From an uncultured Acidobacteriota bacterium (GTDB lineage Bacteria > Acidobacteriota > UBA6911 > RPQK01 > JAPXNP01), in assembly GCA_963723965.1 (NCBI GenBank), contig CAVRSV010000012.1, positions 547,544-611,543 on the forward strand: a stretch of DNA of 64,000 nucleotides, in the 5' to 3' direction. Each line of letters begins with the position of its first letter. Within the stretch, counting starts at the first letter, position 1. Shown here piece after piece: positions 59,520-64,000 of the stretch. The position numbers and the translations under genes were made by a program. Below the pieces are notes generated by a model. That model was not told the DNA's origin. It did not search any database and worked only from the letters and a program-made list of their open reading frames with translations.

Positions 59520-59662
59520 TTTGACTCCAATCTCCTGCCCATCAATAACGAAGGTTCGACTACGAAATTACGAAAATGGTTGTGAAATTGTTTCAACCGG
59601 GGCCAAAAACAGAAAAGGCCGTGCCTTTTCGAGCACGGCCTTGAAATCGAACCCCGAGCGGA

Positions 59663-60784
59663 TCAGCGTCCGCCGTCGTCCTGAGTGTCGGTCTTCTTCT
59701 CCAGCGTCGGTCGTTTGAGAGTCGGTCGGTCCTGTTTCAGGGTCGGCTCTTCCCGCTCTGATCGATCGGTGTTGGTCTTCCGTTTCAGGGTCGGTCGTTT
59801 GCTGGCGCTCTGGCTTCCCGCGAGACCCGGGGCCGCGAGCTTGTTGTCCATGGCGATGAGCCGATTCTTGACCTGGCTGAATTCGGAAGTACTGACGACG
59901 TATTCATCCTTGACCGGCAGGAAGGAGATCTCCTCCTGCACCTTGGTGATCCGGTCTTCCACCGGCGGATGGGTCCGGAAGAAGCTGGCGAATTTGCCCG
60001 GCTTGTTCTTCTCGTGGGCCTGGAGCTTCTCGAAGAAGGTGATGAAACCGTTGGGATCGAAGCCCGAGTTCCAGAGGTACTGGGTGCCCAGCTGGTCGGC
60101 TTCCTCTTCCGACTTCCGGGTGATTCCGAGCACGGCCAGCGAAACGCCCATGCCCAACCCGTTCTGGATCGCCATCTGCGTCCAGTAGCCACCGACGAAC
60201 AGGGCCGGCAACGCCGCAAACTGGATCAACTGCTGCTTGGTCATCCGCTCGGTAGCGTGCCGGGCTGCCACGTGGGCGATCTCGTGTGCCATGACGCCGG
60301 CCAGCTCCGACTCGTTCTCCGCCTCCAGGATGAGCCCCTTGTTCACGTAGAAATAGCCGCCCGGCAGGGCGAAGGCATTCACCTCGTCCGTGTCCACGAC
60401 CTTGATGACGAAGGGCACCTTGGCGTCGGAGTGCTTGACGAGCTGCTGCCCCAGGCTATCCACGTACTCGGTGATGACCGGATCTTCGACCAGGCGTGCG
60501 GTCTGCTCGAAGTACTGGGCGTACTGAGCACCGATCTGGATCTCCTTCTCCAGGGAGACGAAGTTCGGGAAGATCAGCGCGACCTTGCCGTTGATATTCC
60601 GGTTTCCGATATTCTCGACATCCCCGTGCTTTCTTCCCGCCAGCAGGCCCGCCGGGAGCGCCAGGGTGAGTGAAATACATACTGCGAGGGAACGAACGTA
60701 GATGGTTCTCACGACCTTACCTCTCCGCCAGTGACGATTATATCGGAAGGACCGATCGACTTCCGCCCTCATACTGCCGACCAC
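59663..60784 (-). CDS. M48-family zinc metallopeptidase
   Basis: The product has the zinc-binding motif VMAHEIAHVAARH (HExxH) and a Glu-containing downstream helix. The N-terminus is a signal/anchor. The C-terminus is Lys/Arg/Thr-rich and low-complexity. Start uncertain. Confidence 0.6.
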   Translation of the reverse strand: MVGSMRAEVDRSFRYNRHWRRGKVVRTIYVRSLAVCISLTLALPAGLLAGRKHGDVENIGNRNINGKVALIFPNFVSLEKEIQIGAQYAQYFEQTARLVEDPVITEYVDSLGQQLVKHSDAKVPFVIKVVDTDEVNAFALPGGYFYVNKGLILEAENESELAGVMAHEIAHVAARHATERMTKQQLIQFAALPALFVGGYWTQMAIQNGLGMGVSLAVLGITRKSEEEADQLGTQYLWNSGFDPNGFITFFEKLQAHEKNKPGKFASFFRTHPPVEDRITKVQEEISFLPVKDEYVVSTSEFSQVKNRLIAMDNKLAAPGLAGSQSASKRPTLKRKTNTDRSEREEPTLKQDRPTLKRPTLEKKTDTQDDGGR

Positions 60785-60861
60785 CCTCCTGATCTTCTAT
60801 TATTAAAGGACTGGTTTCCGCACAAAAGGTTTCAACCTTGGGGATTGGAGAGACAAGAGCC

Positions 60862-62454
60862 ATGAAGATACTGACAGCCGACCAGATGCGGGAGGTGGAT
60901 CGCCTCAGCACGGAAAAAGCGGGAGTCCCGAGCCTGACGCTCATGGAAAACGCCGGATTCCATCTCTACCTGGCCCTGCGTGACCGTTTCGAAGATCTGG
61001 CGGAACTCAACATCGCCGTCATCTGCGGCAAGGGGAACAACGGCGGCGACGGGATGGTGCTGTCCCGCCAACTGCTGCAACGGGCAATCTACCCGGATGT
61101 GATCCTGCTGGCTTCCCGGGAGGAGGTCCGGGGTGACGCGGCAGTGAATCTGACGATTCTCGAGAACTCCGGTTTGCCCGTGTTCGAGGTCCCGGCGGAG
61201 GAAGTCTGGGAAGAATTCTCGAAGACTCTCGAAGTCTACGACATCGTCGTCGACGCCATCCTGGGAACAGGCCTCACGAAGCCGCTCGAGGGGTTCTACG
61301 CCAGAGTCGTCGCCGATCTGAACGATCTGCCGGCTTTCCTGCTCGCCGTGGACATTCCTTCCGGGCTGGCCTCGGACTCCGTCTCCGCACCGAATTTGTG
61401 CATCTCCGCCGACGCGACGGTGACCTTCACCGCCCCCAAGATCGCCCACGTTCTCAGCCAGGATCTCGAGGCAGTGGGTGAGTTGTCCGTGGTTTCCATC
61501 GGCACGCCTTCGAGCCTGCTCGATCGATCCGATTTCGATCTGAACCTGCTGACCCTGGAGGAGATGAGCGAGGCCCTGCTGCCCCGGCCCCTGGCCTCCC
61601 ACAAGGGAACCTACGGCCACGTCGTCCTGATCTCGGGCAGCCGCGGCAAGGCGGGGGCGGCGTCCCTGTGCTCTCTCTCGGCGCTGCGGGCCGGATCGGG
61701 CCTGGTGACGGTGTTCACGCCGCGGGACGCCCAGGCGACCGTGGCGGGTTTCCAGGCGGAGATCATGACGGAGGGGTTCCCAGCGACGGCCGCCGGCAGC
61801 TTCTCGAAGGAAGCCGTCCGCCCGGTCCTGGATCAACTCGCGCGCCTGACCGCCGCGGGCGTCGGCCCCGGTTTGACCACCGACCCGGAAACCGTTGAGT
61901 TCGTGCACACCCTGGTCGCGGATTCTCCGGTCCCTCTGGTCATCGATGCGGATGGTCTCAACGCCTTCGACGGTTGCACGGAACGCCTGCGCAACCGGCA
62001 CGGCCGACCCCTCGTGCTCACTCCCCATCCCGGGGAATTCTCGCGTTTGTCGGGCCGGCCGGTGGCGGAGATCCTGGCGGATCCCATCACCGCCGCGTCG
62101 GACTTTGCCCGCCGACTGGGCGTCTGGCTGGTACTCAAGAATTTTCGCACGCTGGTGGCAACGCCCGACGGAACCCTCTTCGTGTCCCCGACGGGAAACC
62201 CGGGGATGGCGACCGCGGGCATGGGGGATGTTCTCACCGGAGTGCTGACCTCCGTAATCGGACAGTTCGTGGGATCCGGACTGCAGGAAGAGTCCGACGT
62301 GACCCGTGCCGTTTGCCTGGGTGTCTTCCTGCACGGGCTGGCCGGCGGGATTGCGGCCGACGAGCAGGGCTGGGAGCACCTCATCGCCGGAGACGTCGTC
62401 GCCCGCCTCGGAGAGGCCTACGACGAGTTGTTGGAGGCGGCCGGCCAGCCATGA
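60862..62454 (+). CDS. nnr: Bifunctional NAD(P)H-hydrate repair enzyme Nnr (epimerase + ADP-dependent dehydratase)
   Basis: ATG at 60862 gives MKILTADQMREVDR... The YjeF-N domain has CGKGNNGGDG. The C-terminal carbohydrate-kinase-like domain has GSRGKAGA and GMATAGMGDVLTG. Confidence 0.85.
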   Translation: MKILTADQMREVDRLSTEKAGVPSLTLMENAGFHLYLALRDRFEDLAELNIAVICGKGNNGGDGMVLSRQLLQRAIYPDVILLASREEVRGDAAVNLTILENSGLPVFEVPAEEVWEEFSKTLEVYDIVVDAILGTGLTKPLEGFYARVVADLNDLPAFLLAVDIPSGLASDSVSAPNLCISADATVTFTAPKIAHVLSQDLEAVGELSVVSIGTPSSLLDRSDFDLNLLTLEEMSEALLPRPLASHKGTYGHVVLISGSRGKAGAASLCSLSALRAGSGLVTVFTPRDAQATVAGFQAEIMTEGFPATAAGSFSKEAVRPVLDQLARLTAAGVGPGLTTDPETVEFVHTLVADSPVPLVIDADGLNAFDGCTERLRNRHGRPLVLTPHPGEFSRLSGRPVAEILADPITAASDFARRLGVWLVLKNFRTLVATPDGTLFVSPTGNPGMATAGMGDVLTGVLTSVIGQFVGSGLQEESDVTRAVCLGVFLHGLAGGIAADEQGWEHLIAGDVVARLGEAYDELLEAAGQP

Positions 62455-62903
62455 GGTTCGTCACTCACAGCGAATCGGAGACCGAGGAGGTCGGCCGCAA
62501 GCTGGGTCAGGGACTGGCGGAGCCGCGCATCATTCTCCTGACCGGTCGCCTGGGTGCGGGTAAGACGGCCTTCACCCGCGGGCTCGCCTGCGGTCTCGGT
62601 CTCGAGGACCCGTCGCAGGTCCACAGCCCGACTTTCAGCCTGATCAACCAGTACCCCATCCGGTCGCGCACCCTGTATCACATCGATCTCTACCGGCTGG
62701 ACGGAAACCGGGATTTCTACTCGATCGGTCTCGAAGAACTGGTGGACGGAGAGAAATTCGTCGTCATCGAGTGGGCCGAAAAGCTGACCTGGAGGATCCC
62801 CGACCCTCTGCGCATCACTCTCGAGGTGCTCTCCGATTTCGAGCGCCTCATTCGCATCGACGATTTGACGGTGGAGGAGAAAAATCCACTCGCCGATGGT
62901 TGA
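62451..62903 (+). CDS. tsaE: tRNA threonylcarbamoyladenosine biosynthesis protein TsaE
   Basis: The product has MRFVTHSESETEEVGRKLGQGL...LLTGRLGAGKTAFTRGL (P-loop) ...HSPTFSLINQY...LYHIDLYRL. The start overlaps the nnr stop (ATGA). Confidence 0.8.
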   Translation: MRFVTHSESETEEVGRKLGQGLAEPRIILLTGRLGAGKTAFTRGLACGLGLEDPSQVHSPTFSLINQYPIRSRTLYHIDLYRLDGNRDFYSIGLEELVDGEKFVVIEWAEKLTWRIPDPLRITLEVLSDFERLIRIDDLTVEEKNPLADG

Positions 62904-62998
62904 GTGTTCGAGCCTGAGATAGTAGCGTTGAAATCGATCATCCGAGACGCCTTTCCGGCGGAATGCCGACTGGGGACATCAGGTAGGGGGTACAGACC

Positions 62999-64000
62999 AT
63001 GGAGGAAGCGTTAGATCTCCATCGCTTTCACTTCGCATTCACGGTCACGTTTCACTACATTTTCGTCCAGCTCAGCATGGGCCTTGCGCTGATGGTGTTC
63101 ATCTTCAAGACCCTGTCCTTGAAGACCGGCAATCCGCGCTACAACGAAGCGGCGCGGTTCTGGACCAAGCTGCTGGCCATCAGTTTCGCCCTGGGTGTGG
63201 TGACGGGTATTCCCATGGAATTCCAGTTCGGCACCAACTGGGCGCAGTTCTCGAAGGCCGCGGGGGGGGTCATCGGGCAGACTCTGGCAATGGAAGGGGT
63301 CTTCGCCTTCTTCCTGGAATCGTCGTTCCTGGGCCTGTTGCTGTTCGGCGAGAAGAAGCTCGGCCAGAAAGGTCACTGGTGGATGTCCCTGCTGGTCTTC
63401 GTGGGATCCTGGCTGTCGGGATATTTCATCATCGCCACCAATGCCTGGATGCTCCATCCCGTCGGCTACACGGTGAATGCGGACGGCATGTACGCTCTGG
63501 GCAGCTTCTGGTCGCTCCTGCTCAACCCGTGGCTGCTCTGGCAGTACCCCCATAACCAGCTCGGGGCCGCCGTGACCGGCTCGTTCGTGGTCGGCGGCAT
63601 CGGCGCCCTCTATCTGCTCCTGAAGCGGCATGACGAACATGCCCGGATCTTCGTCCGAACGGGTGTGATCACGGCCTTCGTCTGCTGCTGCCTGCTGGCC
63701 TTCCCCACCGGGGACCGACAGGGCAAGAACATTGCGAAATATCAGCCGGTCACCCTGGCCGGAATGGAAGGAGTGTTCCAGACCGTTGAAGGAGCTCCGC
63801 TGGCCATTCTGGGCCAGCCCGACACCGTGAAGCAACGTCTGGACAATCCACTGCTCCTCCCCAACGTTCTGAGCTTTCTGACCTATCAGCGCTGGGAAGC
63901 CGAGGTCCGGGGCCTGGATTCATTTCCCAGGGAGGACTGGCCCACCAATATCCCGCTTCTCTACTACGGCTTCAGGATCATGGTCGGGCTGGGTACCATC
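62999..64000 (+). CDS. cydA: Cytochrome bd ubiquinol oxidase subunit I (5' part; runs off the right edge)
   Basis: ATG at 62999 gives MEEALDLHRFHFAFTVTFHYIFVQLSMGLALMVFIFKT...GIPMEFQFGTNWAQFS...MEGVFAFFLESSFLGLLLFGEKKLG, the CydA N-terminus with the Q-loop start. There is no stop in the window, so it is absent from the ORF track. Confidence 0.8.
   Translation, partial: MEEALDLHRFHFAFTVTFHYIFVQLSMGLALMVFIFKTLSLKTGNPRYNEAARFWTKLLAISFALGVVTGIPMEFQFGTNWAQFSKAAGGVIGQTLAMEGVFAFFLESSFLGLLLFGEKKLGQKGHWWMSLLVFVGSWLSGYFIIATNAWMLHPVGYTVNADGMYALGSFWSLLLNPWLLWQYPHNQLGAAVTGSFVVGGIGALYLLLKRHDEHARIFVRTGVITAFVCCCLLAFPTGDRQGKNIAKYQPVTLAGMEGVFQTVEGAPLAILGQPDTVKQRLDNPLLLPNVLSFLTYQRWEAEVRGLDSFPREDWPTNIPLLYYGFRIMVGLGTI

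Overview
This window is a high-GC (roughly 65-70%) bacterial chromosomal segment read from the raw sequence plus the ORF track. The gene content (high GC, pseudopilin, PilZ and MCP clusters, bacillithiol genes outside Firmicutes) suggests an Acidobacteriota-like lineage, but nothing here was checked against a database.

Conserved backbone:
- A gap-pgk-tpiA-secG operon runs on the minus strand, followed by a tRNA-Leu(GAG) gene.
- nnr-tsaE and the 5' part of cydA sit at the right edge.
- A bacillithiol biosynthesis cluster (dapA-like, bshC, a WbaP-like sugar transferase, bshB1, bshA) is present.
- A type IV pilus / pseudopilin cluster (fimT-, pilV-, pilW-, pilX-like) lies next to a PilZ protein, an HDOD hybrid histidine kinase and a soluble PAS-MCP. 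pilD and comEA lie further downstream.

Accessory region (about 3.4-11.3 kb):
- An ArsR regulator is paired with an SdpI-like membrane protein.
- A tandem DUF4440 gene is present, with a frameshift.
- A low-GC (about 50%) island of roughly 2.4-2.7 kb spans about 6.95-9.3 kb. It is bracketed by three diverged copies of a ~120 bp repeat (6557-6679, 9384-9502, 9779-9900). It encodes a small HEPN-like protein (8710-9204) translationally coupled (ATGA) to an Orc1/Cdc6-type AAA+ P-loop ATPase (7198-8713; Walker A GRRGAGKST, Walker B LFIFLDDFH, sensor-2 GVPRDA).
- A ~35-codon remnant of a paralogue of the beta-helix gene's 3' end, plus ~60 bp of its downstream DNA, sits at 4085-4215 (full gene at 10173-11249).

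Other observations:
- Four genes are interrupted by frameshifts, three at G/C runs and one unresolved (DUF4440, the AAA+ ATPase, GH3, the TolC-like gene). This points to either indel sequencing errors or real gene decay.
- Intergenic regions carry unusual arrays of 7-nt tandem repeats (GATTTGA, GTTCCTG, GTCCTAT/GTCCCAT, CGAAACC, CTTCGCC) and a recurring CTCCCGTTCTCC polypyrimidine motif.
- The tlpA-like gene sits as a cassette between 13-bp direct repeats.

All functional calls are motif- and similarity-based inferences from reading the sequence. No database search was run.
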